A stretch of DNA of 64,000 nucleotides from the human T2T-CHM13v2.0 reference genome, Homo sapiens (GCF_009914755.1 NC_060948.1), one strand, 5' to 3'; shown: positions 34,741-58,248, counted from the first letter of the stretch. The notes: a model not told the origin generated them from the sequence alone. Made by a program: numbers and translations.

Positions 34741-35031
34741 CACAGCCAGGACCCACATTTGAAGCCCCCGTGTAGACAGACACACAGTCCACAGCCAGGA
34801 CCCACATTTCAAGCCCCCGTATAGATGGACACACAGTCCACAGGCAGGACCCACATTTAACCCCCGGTGTAGACAGACACACAGTCCACAGGCAGGACCC
34901 ACATTTAACCCCCGGTGTAGACAGACACACAGTCCACAGGCAGGACCCATATTTAACCCCCGGTGTAGACAGACACACAGTCCACAGCCAGGACCCACAT
35001 TTCAAGCCCCCGTGTACAAGGACACACAGTC
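34741..35031. repeat. 48-49-bp VNTR, 6 copies
   Basis: cacag(c/g)caggacccacattt...gtgtagacagacacacagtc. Confidence 0.95.
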
Positions 35032-35562
35032 ACTTCTGTGATTTTGCATTCTTTTTTTTTTTTCTTAAATGGACTCCTCCCAAATGGAAACACTTCAATC
35101 CCCAAATAACTCGTCGTCCGCCCAGGACTCCTATCCAAGGGGTTCAGGCAGTGCACACAGCATATGGTTGTCTTTTTGCCTAAACAGCAAGGAGACATCG
35201 TGTGTCCCAGGGGGCGGACCCGTATGCACAATTCATGGGCGTCAGGTAAGATTCTGGAACAGTGCTCTGAAATCCAGCTGGGAAGAAAGTCAGAGGAAGT
35301 TGCAACTCACAGTTTAACACATATTAACTCTTTAGTCTGTGGATTCCTCATCGTGGAAAGGAGGAAAATGCAATCATCAAAGAAAGTGAACATTTGGGAT
35401 GAAAATGACCTCCTTCCTCCTGAGGGTGGCCCCAGGCAGGGTCAGACCCCGGAACACAGACACAGTCGGGAAATCGTAACCACTGTCAGGTCCTCGCACA
35501 CCTGCAATTTGGGTCTCTCAGAAACCTCATTTTAACAAACCGCATTCTCCAATTCCCTCTCT

Positions 35563-35566
<4 letters not shown>

Positions 35567-35606
<40 letters not shown>
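35567..35606. repeat. (TG)n microsatellite
   Basis: Seen directly. Confidence 0.97.
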
Positions 35607-35609
<3 letters not shown>

Positions 35610-35681
35610 GGGTTTTCTTTACCCAATCTCTTTTGGTAGTCTAGGTGAACCTCTTTTGGTATTTCTCGGATACTTCATCCC

Positions 35682-36329
<648 letters not shown>

Positions 36330-36474
36330 TAAGCCCCGGTGTAGATGGGTGTTACCAACCCTAAACCCAAAAAGATCACTCCTATGTAGGATCATTTTGG
36401 TTTCATTTTCATAACAGGCAACATCGTACTAACTCTCAGAATCAGCTTTTCCTGGGCTCTGTGGTGAAAGATGA

Positions 36475-36926
<452 letters not shown>

Positions 36927-37288
36927 CAGACACTTTAAGTTACAGCAGACGGTGTCTTTCACTCCAGCGTGTGCTCAACAGATGAGTGTCTTGAGTCCAA
37001 ATTAAAAACGTCAACAGTAAATCTACATTTTATATATGTTTTCTTTAATGATTTTTTTAAGGCACCAAACAGAATGAATAAAGAAGGGGAATGATGGAAT
37101 GGTGGAAACTCTGTTTTTGTTTTTGTTTTTGTTTTTTCTCTCTTTCTCTCTTTTTCTTTTCCTCCTAGAGTTTGCCATGAATTACGTGTGGTCTAGCAGC
37201 CAAAGGAAGTGAACTGCAATAAACCTACAAATATAGGCTGTACAGACTCGACGTTTTTGCATTTCGAGTTAAACCCAACAAGACGTTA

Positions 37289-38038
<750 letters not shown>

Positions 38039-38099
38039 AATACCAATCTTGCTTCAACCCACTTTCCCCCTTGGTTGGTCCGAGGTGCAAACACAGATC

Positions 38100-39490
38100 C
38101 ATACACAACACAGACACTCAAGACACACACACACACCTTTAGACAACGTACATGTATAGACACAACACAGCACGCTCAACAGACACACGCACGCATACAC
38201 AACACACAGTCAACAGACACAAACATATCATACACATACAACACACACTCAAGACACAACGGCTGTACACGACACACATATATATAAATAATGCCACACA
38301 CGATCAACACACACACACAACATACACTCAAGACACATCTACATAGAACACACGTGTATATACACAACAGACACACACACACAACACACAGTCAAGAAGC
38401 AACATCTATACACAACACACATGTATATACACAATACCACACATGCTTAACAGACACACCCACAAGACACACTGAAGACACAACATCTATACACAACACA
38501 TATGTGTATACACAATGCCACACACAATCAACAGACACACACACAACACAGTCAAGACACATCTATAGAGAACACACGTATACACACAACAGACACACAC
38601 AAACACACAATCAAGAAATAACATCTATCCACAACACCCATGTATATACACAATACCACACATGCTTAACAGACACACACGCAAGACACAACATCTATAC
38701 AGAACACACATGTATATACACAATACCACACATGGGATCAACAGACACTAATACGCAACACACATTCAACAGACAAATGCACAAACACATCATATATAGA
38801 AGACACACACATCTATACACAACACAACACACTGAACAGACACAGAAACAACAGACACACACACAACATAACATGCTCAACAGACACACAACACACAAGA
38901 GACACGCACAAACACATCATATATACAAGACACACACATCTATACACAACACAACACACTCAACAGACACACACATACACAACACACAACAGACACACAC
39001 ACAACACGCTCAACAGACACACAACACACAAGAGACACACGCACAAACACATCATATATACAAGACACACACATCTATACACAACACAACACACTCAACA
39101 GACACACACATACACAACACACAACAGACACATACACAACACGCTCAACAGACACACAACACACAGACACACGCACAAACACATCATATATACAAGACAC
39201 ACACATCTATACACAACACAATCAACAGACACACACATACACAACACACAACAGACACACAACACGCTCAACACACACAACACACAAGAGACACGCACAA
39301 ACACATCATATATACAAGACACACACATCTATACACAACACAACACACTCAACAGACACACACATACACAACACACAACAGACACACACACAACACGCTC
39401 AACAGACACACAACACACAAGAGACACACGCACAAACACATCATAAACACAACACACGCACTCAAGACACACATGGACACACAACACAGT
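38100..39490. repeat. CA-rich low-complexity tract with internal ~120-bp periodicity
   Basis: acatcatatatacaagacacacacatctatacacaacac recurs at about 38914, 39049, 39181 and 39303. Confidence 0.92.
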
Positions 39491-39499
39491 TTAATGTAG

Positions 39500-40020
39500 G
39501 TTTCCTGCCGTTTTAGAACTGAAAAAAGAAGAATGAGGCGTGTGGGCTCATTGCAGAAGTTAACTAATGCTCTGAGATTTAATTTTTCAAGGAAAAAATG
39601 ACCGTTTCTACATAGACATGTCCATAGACCATTTCTACAAGGAAGCACCGATTTGCAGCGTCCATCATGGGGACCTTTGTTTGCTTCCCCCTCTATGGGA
39701 AAATTACTTGGATGCCGCTCTTGTTTTAAGCCACTCTCGCCCTTGGCTGGTCCGAGGTGTAAAGACAAATGACTTTGGGATAAACGTGGGGTTTGCAGCA
39801 AAGTGTGAGCAGGAGTCACGGGCTCACCCCAGAATGTGGGGAGGCCAGACGTGGGGCCCGCTTCCTGCCGCCACTAATTAGCGTGGGTTTTATGGCCGGT
39901 CGTTAAAAAGGCCGGGTCAAACAGTTGCAAAGTTATGAAACAGCCACACAGGCTAAAGACCTGGGCTTTGCAGAGGTATGAATGTTTCGCTGTGTTGCCA
40001 ACTTCTCCTGAACTTTGGCG
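39500..40020. promoter_or_regulatory. Candidate limb enhancer (probably SHOX ZED)
   Basis: CpG-retaining unique island with TAATTA 39875, HOX9-type TTTTATGG 39888-39895 and HOX11/13-type GTCGTTAA 39899-39906 within 32 bp. Confidence 0.65.
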
Positions 40021-40212
40021 TCCTCATGGGGAAAAAAAAATGTAAAAAAAAAAATAAAAAAATAAAAAAAAATATCATATCTGCCTATTAAAAAGATTAG
40101 AAGCAAAAAAAAAAAAAAAAAATGAATCCAGGATTGAAGCAGGAAAAGGAGTCTTATGTCCACACAGCCAAGTCAACCTCAGCAAAATTAACTCCGTCTT
40201 TTCCGAGACGTC

Positions 40213-40500
40213 GTCACGATTATTATTATTATTATTTTTTGCTTCTAATCTTTTTAATAGGCAGATATGACATGTTTTTTTATTTTTTTATTTTTTTATT
40301 TTTTATTTTATTATTATTATACTTTAAGTTTTAGGGTACAGGTGCACAATGTGCAGGTTAGTTACATATGTATCCATGTGCCATGCTGGTGTGGTGCACC
40401 CATTAACTCGTCATTTAACATTAGGTGTATCTCCCGATGCTATCCCTCCCCCGTCCCCCCACCCCACCACAGTCCCCAGAGTATGATGGTCACGATTATT
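40213..40500 (-). mobile_element. Young 5'-truncated L1PA (L1PA2-4-like) with extra 3' tag and second tail
   Basis: cattaactcgtcattt...ccccaccacagtccccagagt; TSD gtcacgattatt at 40213-40224 and 40489-40500. Confidence 0.93.
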
Positions 40501-41589
40501 TTTCTGTGATGACAGTAAGAGTCAGAAAATGTACCACCTTGATAAAGATATAGTTATCATTAGGTGCTTCTTGGGCCAGCTAGGAGATGATTGGGTTGTA
40601 AACTTGGGGGCTGGCTCTTGAGAAGGCATTCATTTGCTTTTGTGTTTTCACTCAGAAACCCACATTGATACTGGGCTTTGGAACTCTCCTCTGATTGCAA
40701 ATTCCTGTCTTCCTAAGACAGCGTGGAGGGTTCCAGGGCTCCGTGTGTACGTAGGTGGTCAGGTCAGCCGGCCAACGCACCGACGCTACAGCAAATGATA
40801 CGTATAAATTATTGGAGCACTGCGGGAATGGCAATTTGACTTTTTATGAGCCTGTAACGACGTCCCTAGAGAAGAGTGTGTATGTGTGTGTGTGTGAAAT
40901 TCTGGAAAGGATTTTGCATTTTCATAGATTTGGCACCACTGACTTTAAAAGGGGCTGCTCTGGGTTTCGAATTTCTCCAGTCATCAATAAGAGCCATTTT
41001 GGTGGGGTTTTTTTCTTCTTCTTTTTTTAATGTCTGGTTTGTGCAGGAAATATAAAGATTGTAATCCTTGTTGACGAGGGGTCTTCAAAGAATGAGACTT
41101 TGGGGTGTAAAAGGGAGCTTACCCGTCTACATCTTGGGCATGGCAGTTTGGGCACCTATTTCAAGGGTGTGGGCACGAAACCACAAGCTCCTGTGAGCTC
41201 ATATCGCTGCTGATGGGTTGACAGAGTAAGCGGGTTCCGGACACTGTGGCAGTTTAACCCAGACTCAGAAAAGCAAGGCAGAGATGAGACGGTCAGCTGC
41301 AAGCACCCTTTCTTCCCGTAGGCTGGTGGGCTGAGACGCTGCGTCTCTTCCTGCCTAAACCTGTTCTGGATGTTTTCACCACAAACTGGCATCTGCAATG
41401 TAACGGGCTGGAAAACGGGCAGTGTGGGGGATTGGATTGGCCCTGCTTGGGGGTGTCTCTCTTGAGGCCGTGAGCCCTGACTCTCTGCTCTCTGATCCAT
41501 GAGGGTGGACTCCGGAGGCAAGGGGATGAGGCAGATAAGGGAAGGGAACGGACAGACTAGCGCTTGGAAGAAGAAAAAGGTTTAGATAT

Positions 41590-42955
41590 TGTAAGGGTTT
41601 CCTGGGGATGCTGTCACAAGATGCCAAAAACCAGAGGATCAAACAAGAAAAATTTCATCTCTCCGCGTCCTGAACTACAGTCCTCCTAAAAACTGTATAT
41701 ACATCCTCAGTCTCATAGCCTGTGAACGGGACCTTATTTGGAAATAGGGTTTCTGCAGATGCAGGTAGTTAAGGATTTCAACATGAGATCATCCTGAAGT
41801 AAGGTGGATCCTAAATGCAATGACAGGTGTCTTTCTAAGAGACAGAAGAGGAGACACAGACACGGAGGAGAAGGCCACGTGGAGATGGAGGAGAGACAGG
41901 GAGGACTTCTGGACTCCAGGAAGGCCAGTATTGGGTCCACTATGATTGTGTTTAGTTCCTCCTGGAGGCTCTAGGGGAGGGTCCTTCCTGCCTCTCCCAG
42001 CTCCTGGGGGCTCCAGGCGTCCCTGGGCTTGTGGCCGCATCACTCCAGTCTCTGCCTCCGTCTCCACGTGGCCTTCTCCTCTGTGTCTGTGTCTCCTCTT
42101 CTGTCTCTTAGAAAGACACCTGCCATTGCATTTAGGACCCACCCTACTCCAGGATGATCTCATGTAGAAATCCTTGACTTAGTTACATTTGCAGAGACCT
42201 TATATCCAATTAACGTGCCATTCACATATTCTGGAAGTTAGGCTGTAGAGATAGCCTTTAGGGGGACTGTAGTTCAATTCAAAACAATTGTATTATCTTC
42301 CCTCTGGAGGCTGTAGGGGAGGGTCCTTCCTGCCTCTCCCAGGTCCTGGGGGCTCCAGGCATCCCTGGGCTTGTGGCCGCTTCACTCCAGTCTCTGCTGC
42401 CATCTCCATGTGGCCTTCTCCTCTGTGTCTGTGTCTCCTCTTCTGTCTCTTACAAGGACACTTGTTATTGGAATTAGAATCCACCCTAATCCAGGATGAT
42501 CTCATCTCAATATCCTTAATTTATTACATCTGCAAATACTCTGTTTTCAAGAAGGGTTTCATTCACAGGTTCTATGAGTCAGGACATAAACGTGTTTCTT
42601 AGGGATCACCATTCAATCTACTAGAATTGTGTTCAGTTCCTTCTGGAGGCTCTAGGGGAGGGTCCTTTCTGCCTCTCCCAGCTCCTGGGGGCTCCAGGCG
42701 TCCCTGGGCTTGTGGCCCCATCACTCCAGTCTCTGCCTCCGTCTCTATGTGGACTTCTCCTCTCTAAGTGTATGGAAACTTCCCTCTTTTTACCAGGACG
42801 CGACTGATTGGATTGAGCATCCCCTCTGCTCCAGTCTTTCCTCATTATACGTCCATAATATCTGCAAAGACCCTATTTCCTACAACACCACGTTCACAGG
42901 TATGTACAGTTAGGACCTTAACAGATATTTTGAAGAAACACAATTCAGTTCACAA
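41590..42955. mobile_element. MLT1C-derived tandem array (STIR-like): three ~340-bp units plus one inverted partial unit
   Basis: ctggaggct(c/g)taggggagggtcct at about 41963, 42304 and 42643; reverse-complement unit at about 41720-41890. Confidence 0.85.
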
Positions 42956-43117
42956 CAGACATGTTTTTGAAGGAAACGGAAAGTCATTGATTTTTGTTTT
43001 TTTTTTTTTTTTAGTGAAGCAGATGGCAGTATTTTAAGGTAATCTTCCATACCGTGGCTCCAACTTCCTATGCAGAAAAATCCTTTTCTCTCTCAATGAG
43101 GAGCCTAGTTTTCAAGA

Positions 43118-44228
<1,111 letters not shown>

Positions 44229-44295
44229 CTAAGAAAACTCTGGGGGAAATAAGTCAGGGAATGCAGAGAGGTCGGCGTTCACTTTCCAACGTGCC

Positions 44296-44610
44296 TGGTA
44301 GAAGTCAAATGTTCTGGCCAGGTGCGGTGCCTCATGCCTGTCATCCCACCACTTTGGGAAGGCGAGGCGGGAGGATCATGAGGTCAGGAGTTCAAGACCA
44401 GCCTGGCCAACATGGTGAAACCCCGTCTCTACTAAAAATATAAAAATTAGCAGGGTGTAGTGGTGTGCCTGTAATCCCAGCTACTCCGGAGGCTGAGGCA
44501 GGAGAATCACTTGAACCCGGGAGGCGGAGGTTGCAGAGATCACGCCACTGCACTCCAGCCTGGGTGACAGAGCGAGACTCCCTCTCCAAAAAAAAATAAT
44601 AATAAATGAA
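44296..44610 (+). mobile_element. Alu
   Basis: Alu consensus. Confidence 0.95.
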
Positions 44611-45069
44611 AAAGAAGTCAAATGTTCCTCATGCCAGCATCGTGGTCTCTTGAGAAGACCAGGCTGAACTTGGTGAGCCTAATTCTCTGCCAGGAATGCT
44701 TTCTCTTCTGCGGGAATTCTTAGGGAAAGCCTCTCCAACAGTCTCATGCATGGACTAAAAGTTCCTTGGATCTAGGCAGGAATTTGGGAGAAATTGGGGG
44801 TTAGGCCCCTTCATAGACCCGACACACCATCCATGAGTTGCAACGGAGGTCCCCTTGCAATTTAAGCAACGCAACAAATCAGGGCAGGCAGCAGTTAACT
44901 TCTTAATTCCCCTTCGGCAATTCAAGGCTTTCACGGCGACCAGCTATTAGGCTGAGAAATTAGCTTTTACAGGAGGATTGCTCCATATTCCATATGCTGC
45001 CTTTCCCCTGGAGCTTGGAACTATAAATATCAACCCGATAATGACACGATGGTGGATTCTCATTCAGCT

Positions 45070-45581
45070 TGTGCATGTGTGGGTACGTGTGTGTCTGCAT
45101 GCGCATGTGTGTTTGTGCATGTGTGTGCATGAATGTGTGTGAGGTTGCGTGTGTGCATGTATGTGTGCGCTCGTGTGTGCGCGCATGTGTGTGCATGTGT
45201 GCACGCATGTGTGTATGTGCATGTACGTGTGTGAGTGTGCATATGCGTGCACGTGTGCATGTATGTATGTGAGTGCGTGCATGGGTGTGCATGTATGTAT
45301 GTGTGCATGTATTCTGTGTGCATGAATCTGTGAGGTTGCATGTGTGTGCACATACGTGTGTGCATGTATGTGTGTGTGCATGCGTGCGTGCATGTGTGTG
45401 AGTGTGCGTGTGTGCATGTGTATGTGCATGTACATGTGTGAGTGTGCATGTGTGCATGTATGTGAGTGTGTGTGCGTGTGCATGCATGTATGTGTGTGTA
45501 TGTGTGTGCGTGTGCGTGTACGTGTGTGTGCACGCACGTGTGTGTGCATGTGTGTGTGACTGTGCCTGTGTGTGTGTGTGT
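45070..45581. repeat. (TG/TGCA)n purine-pyrimidine alternating tract
   Basis: About 500 bp of gtgtgcatgt units. Confidence 0.95.
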
Positions 45582-45676
45582 AAACGAAATTCTTCAGAAT
45601 GGTTTGCAATCTGGGGCTGATGTTTAATTGACAGGGGTCGGGGTGGCTGGTTATTTGGTCAAAGAAGTTGAATTAA

Positions 45677-46440
<764 letters not shown>

Positions 46441-46486
46441 ATATATATATATATAAAGAAATATATATATATATATATAAAATATA

Positions 46487-46710
46487 TACATATATTTAAA
46501 TTATATATAATGTATACATATATTTAAATTATATATAATGTATACATATATTTAAATTATATATAATGTATACATATATTTAAATTATATATAATGTATA
46601 CATATATTTAAATTATATATAATGTATACATATATTTAAATTATATATAATGTATACATATATTTATATATAATGTATACATATATTTAAATTATATATA
46701 ATATACATAT
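46487..46710. repeat. 28-bp AT VNTR (ttatatataatgtatacatatatttaaa), about 7 copies
   Basis: Seen directly. Confidence 0.95.
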
Positions 46711-46717
46711 TTGGATA

Positions 46718-47830
<1,113 letters not shown>

Positions 47831-48053
47831 CACGGAGACGTCTTTAGGTGGACTGCTTTACAGGACCAAGATTTATGTTAAGGGGACACTGCAGACACAA
47901 GAGGCCTGGCTGGCTGGGATGTAGGGAGGGTCCCCCTGGGACTGTTGGACCGTTTTCTGAGTACGTGAGGCTGCCAGGAGGACGGGGCTGCACAGAGCCG
48001 ACTGGGACCCTCCAAGACGGACCCTGAGAAACCTCACTGGGTCCTCTCTCTCT

Positions 48054-49165
<1,112 letters not shown>

Positions 49166-49308
49166 ACACACACAAACACGGTGGGACTAGGACTGAACCC
49201 TGATTCATGCCACTGCAGCTCAGAGGTCCTGGCTCCGCCACCTTCCCTCTGTGTGCCTCAGTTTCTTCTCCAGCCAATTGCCTAAGAGGTGGCTCAGTCA
49301 ATGAGGGT

Positions 49309-50660
<1,352 letters not shown>

Positions 50661-52124
50661 GTACAAGGATACCTAAGTCCATACAGCTGGGGATCAAGCC
50701 ATCGTTGCCCATTGGCTTCACTTTAGGGCTGTAAACTCACATTCATGTAAGGTTTCCCAATGAGTGAATTCTGTATTCCCATAAGCATTCACATTCCTAG
50801 TGTGAGAATAGCAGAGTTTAGCTGGGCTCACCTGTCTACCAGGTGTGGAGGCACCATTTGCAGTTGCATATGATGGAGCTCAAGGCTCAACTTCCCCAGC
50901 ATCCCACAGTCTGACCTCACTGGGACCTTTCATGAAACTGTGACTCAGTCTCTTCTTCTTGATGATGAAATACTTTGCACAATTCAGTTCACCATTTTAA
51001 AGCACCTGGAATGTGTGAGGCACTGTGCAAACACTAATTTGGTAAACTTAGATTTCAGAAGGAGAATACCTGGCGTGGCATATATTACTATTTATTTATG
51101 GTCTATTTTATTTCTCTCAGTGAGATTTTGCAGTTATCTGACTAGACATCATATATAACTGTCAGATTTTTTCTTTAATATTACATTTTATCCTATTATA
51201 AATATTAGATATTTATGCTATTATACTATGTTTAAATATATTTTATGCTATTATAAATAAATTAATTGATGATATTATAAATAAATATAAGTTTTACATT
51301 ACAATATGCTATTATATATCATATATAATAAAAGTGTATATAAATTTTATACAAAAGTTTATATGTAATATACATTATATTATAGATAATAAGTTTATAT
51401 ATAAACTCTATATTTGTAAACTTTATATAACCTATTATCTATAATATAGTGTATATTATAGATAATATAATGTATATATAATAAAACTTTTATTTTATAT
51501 AAAATACACTTATATATATAAAATAAAACTTTTATTATATATACATAGTAAACTTTTATTTTATATATATAAAATAAACTTTTATTTTAAGTTCAAGGGT
51601 ACATGTGCAGGTTTGTTACATAAGTAAACATCTGTCATGGCGGTTTCTTGTACAGATTATTTTATCAACCAGGTACTAGGCTTAGTACCCATTAGTTATT
51701 TTTTCTGATCTTTTCTCCCTGGCTTTTGCTATCATTTTATGCAAACATAAATAGTATTTTATTCCACATTATGTGAATATGTGTTATTATATGTGTTTAC
51801 AAAATTAATTCTTTGTTGCCAGCATATATAACTGCAAGCTCATCAAGCTTGTTAATCTTTTTGTTCAAAGTATGCCCTTGGTTTATATGCTTGTTTTTAG
51901 TTACTGAGAAAAGTATGTTCAAATCTCTTACTACGATTGTATATATTTTACATTTTCTTTTAGTAATTTCACATTTTGCTTTATATATGTTTTAGCTGTG
52001 GTTTTATATGCATACCTATTTAGAATGTTTATGTTTCTTGATTAATAAAACATTTTAAACTAGGATTATTACTCTTTATCACTAGTTAAGACTTTATCTT
52101 AAAATGATCTTTAATTTTTTCATT

Positions 52125-52461
<337 letters not shown>

Positions 52462-52609
52462 TTAGCCTTGGTTTTTATTAATCTGATGATCTTGTGACTA
52501 GAACCTCTAGTTTATTTCCATTTAATAAAATTATTGATACATATGTTAATATCTACCAGCTTATTAGCAGCTTTTGCTTTCTGCTGGTCTTATCTTTTTT
52601 ACATATATT

Positions 52610-53705
52610 TTTTGTCTTATCTTCTTTTAGTGTATTTAAGTTTTTTGTTTCCTAGTATATTTCTTCTTTTAGTGTCTTTAAGGTTTTTGTTTTCTAGTAT
52701 ATTTCTTCTTTTAGTGTATTTAAGATTTTTGTTTTCTAGTATGTATCTTCTTTTAGTGTATTTAAGGTTTTTGTTTCCTAGTATATATCTTCTTTTAGTG
52801 TATTTAAGCTTTTTGTTTTCTAGTATATTTCTTCTTTTGGTGTATTTAAGATTTTTGTTTTCTATATATATCTTCTTTTAGTGTATTTACGGCTTTTGTT
52901 CTCTAGTACATTTCTTCTTTTAGTGTATTTACGGCTTTTGTTTTCTAGTATATTTCTTCTTTTAGTGTATTTAAGCGTTTTGTTTTCTAGTATATTTCTT
53001 CTTTTAGTGTATTTAAGGGTTTTGTTTTCTAGTATATATCTTCTTTTAGTGTATTTACGGCTTTTGTTTTCTAGTACATTTCTTCTTTTAGTGTATTTAC
53101 GGCTTTTGTTTTCTAGTATATTTCTTCTTTTAGTGTATTTAAGGTTATAGTTTTCTAGTATGTATCTTCTTTTAGTGTATTTAAGGGTTTTGTTTCCTAG
53201 TATATATCTTCTTTTAGTGTATTTAAAGGTTTTGTTTTCTAGTATATTTCTTCTTTTAGTGTATTTACGGCTTTTGTTTTCTAGTGTATTTCTTCTTTTA
53301 GTGTCTTTAAGGTTTTTGTTTTCTAGTATATTTCTTCTTTCAGTGTATTTAAGGGTTTTGTTTCCTAGTATATATCTTCTTTTAGTGTATTTAAGCTTTT
53401 GTTTTCTAGTATATTTCTTCTTTTAGTGTATTTACAGTTTTTGTTTTCTAGTCTATATCTTCTTTTAGTGTATTTACGGTTTTTGTTTCCTAGTATATAT
53501 CTTCTTTTAGTGTATTTACGGTTTTTGTTTCCTAGTATATATCTTCTTTTAGTGTATTTACGATTTTTGTTTTCTGGTATATTTCTTCTTTTAGTGTATT
53601 TACGGTTTTTGTTTTGTAGGCTATATCTTCTTTTAGTGTATTTACGGTTTTTGTTTCCTAGTCTATATCTTCTTTTAGTGTATTTAAGTTTTTTGTTTTC
53701 CAGTA
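52610..53705. repeat. 42-bp VNTR, about 26 copies (tatatttcttcttttagtgtatttaaggtttttgttttctag)
   Basis: Seen directly; translates as a 14-aa repeat. Confidence 0.97.
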
Positions 53706-53885
53706 TAATTACTCTCTTCACCAGCACCATTAACTTGAAAGTAATATACTCTTTAACTAGCCTTGCCGAGGTTATCGTAAACATCACAGCACACCCCTGG
53801 GTTTTCAAAGTCTAATTCTCACTACTTTTACTCCTCTTTTCTGACAAAGCAAAAATACCTTGGAACATTTACATTCATTGCACTA

Positions 53886-54470
<585 letters not shown>

Positions 54471-54826
54471 ACTTGTAACATCTAAATTCATGCACTTCCT
54501 CCTGATTCGGATATCACCATTGTCATGCATTTTAATTCTCTGTGTGTTTTAAATCCCTGAAGACATGATGGTTTTATAATGTCAATATATATTTACAATT
54601 ACTGACATTATCTTGAGTTCTCACTGCTGTTGAGTCCTTCCTAAATTTTCATGTCACATTGGGTCAGCTTCTCTTCTGTCTTTGGAGTCCCTCTTTAATA
54701 TTCCCTTTAGAGCCAGGCTGTCGGTAGCATATTTTCCCAATTTTTGCTTTTGGAAGAAGGCTTTGCTTCAACCCCGTGGCGAGCATATGTGAGGCTGTTG
54801 TTTATTAATTGAATATTCCCCCCCCC

Positions 54827-55119
54827 TTTTTTTTTTTTGAGACAGAGTCTCACTCTGCCACCCAGGCTGGAGTGCAGTGGTGTGATCTCGGCTCACCGCA
54901 ACCTCTGCCGCCTGGTTTCAAGCGATTCTCCTGCCTCAGCCTCCCAAGTAGCTGAGATTATAGGCGCCCGCCACCATGCCTGGCTAATTTTTTGTGTTTT
55001 TAGTAGAGACGGAATTTCACCCTGCTGGCCAGGCTGGTCTCGATCTCCTGACCTTGTGATTCACCTGCCTCGGCCTCCCAAAGTCCTGCGATGACAGGTG
55101 TGAGCCACTGCGCCCAGCC
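54827..55119 (-). mobile_element. Alu
   Basis: Alu consensus. Confidence 0.95.
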
Positions 55120-55339
55120 TTCCTCTCCTTTTTTTTTTTTTTTTCCGAAAGAAACACAGAGTTGGAGACAGACTTCTTAGCATTGAAGGGAGAGATCTGA
55201 TGAAGAGAAATGGGGCCACTTTGAGGCAGTGTCCTGGAAGGACCTGTGATTTTTACGTCTGTTGGTGTTAGGGGGAAAGGCGTGGACCAGGGTGGTAGGC
55301 AGTGGGCTAAGGGTGAGGCTCCCACCTCACAGGGAGGTG

Positions 55340-56840
<1,501 letters not shown>

Positions 56841-57607
56841 TCATAGATGCGAGGGCCCCAGCTGTGCAGGGTGTGAGCAGCTCTTCCAGAGACGGGTGGC
56901 CCCATGGTGTTGCAGGTGCCGGGGAGATTTCTCCAGCAGCGCGGCCGTCCGGGGCTGTGTCCCTGGGTCCCAGTGCAGCGACGGGCACCTGCCTCTGTTT
57001 CTGATTTCACGTCGAGACCTGCTGTGTGGATGGGAACCTCATGCCCCCTCCAAGACACTGGAGAATCTGAGCTACTCAGCCTCAGCCTTCTCCCCATTAA
57101 CACTGATAAGAGTGGAGTGAGCAACCCCACAGCCCTCTTTGATAACCAGCAACGGAAATTTTAGTGGATTGTTGTGAGGTGTGGACGCTCTTCCAAATCA
57201 TAACCCTGGTCTAATATTTCCTGGAAACTCAAGAGGCCTGCGGGCGTCTGTCAGACACGCCCAGTGCATCCCTCACTTCTGCTTAATCTGTCTTTGATGT
57301 GTGATGACCTGCAGGGTGTACCCTTGACAATCCTTGCGTTTCCTCCCGAAACACAATCAAAGCGTGAACCGGGTTCACACCGTACCGGGATCTCGAGTTT
57401 CCCTTCAGACAGGAGGAAGGCGCCAGCAACAGCCAACAAAATGGTAACGACAAGAAAAGTATCTGGAATTTCTGCTGTCTGTAAAGTCGGGGCGTCCTGG
57501 AGGAAACGTGAAAGGCAGAAAACGCCATCCTGCCTTCAAATTGAAGGGACAGAAAATTGCCTCTGCATGTTACAAACATAGCAAGATCTGCTTTCTCACT
57601 GCAATGA

Positions 57608-58248
<641 letters not shown>

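Noticed and set aside
34741-35031. CRISPR-like array
   Set aside because: Head-to-tail units without unique spacers, in a eukaryotic context with no cas genes.
52534-53815. Multi-pass membrane-protein-like ORFs (SSIFLLLVYLRFLF)n
   Set aside because: Artefact of a T-rich 42-bp VNTR, with frameshifts and stops between segments.
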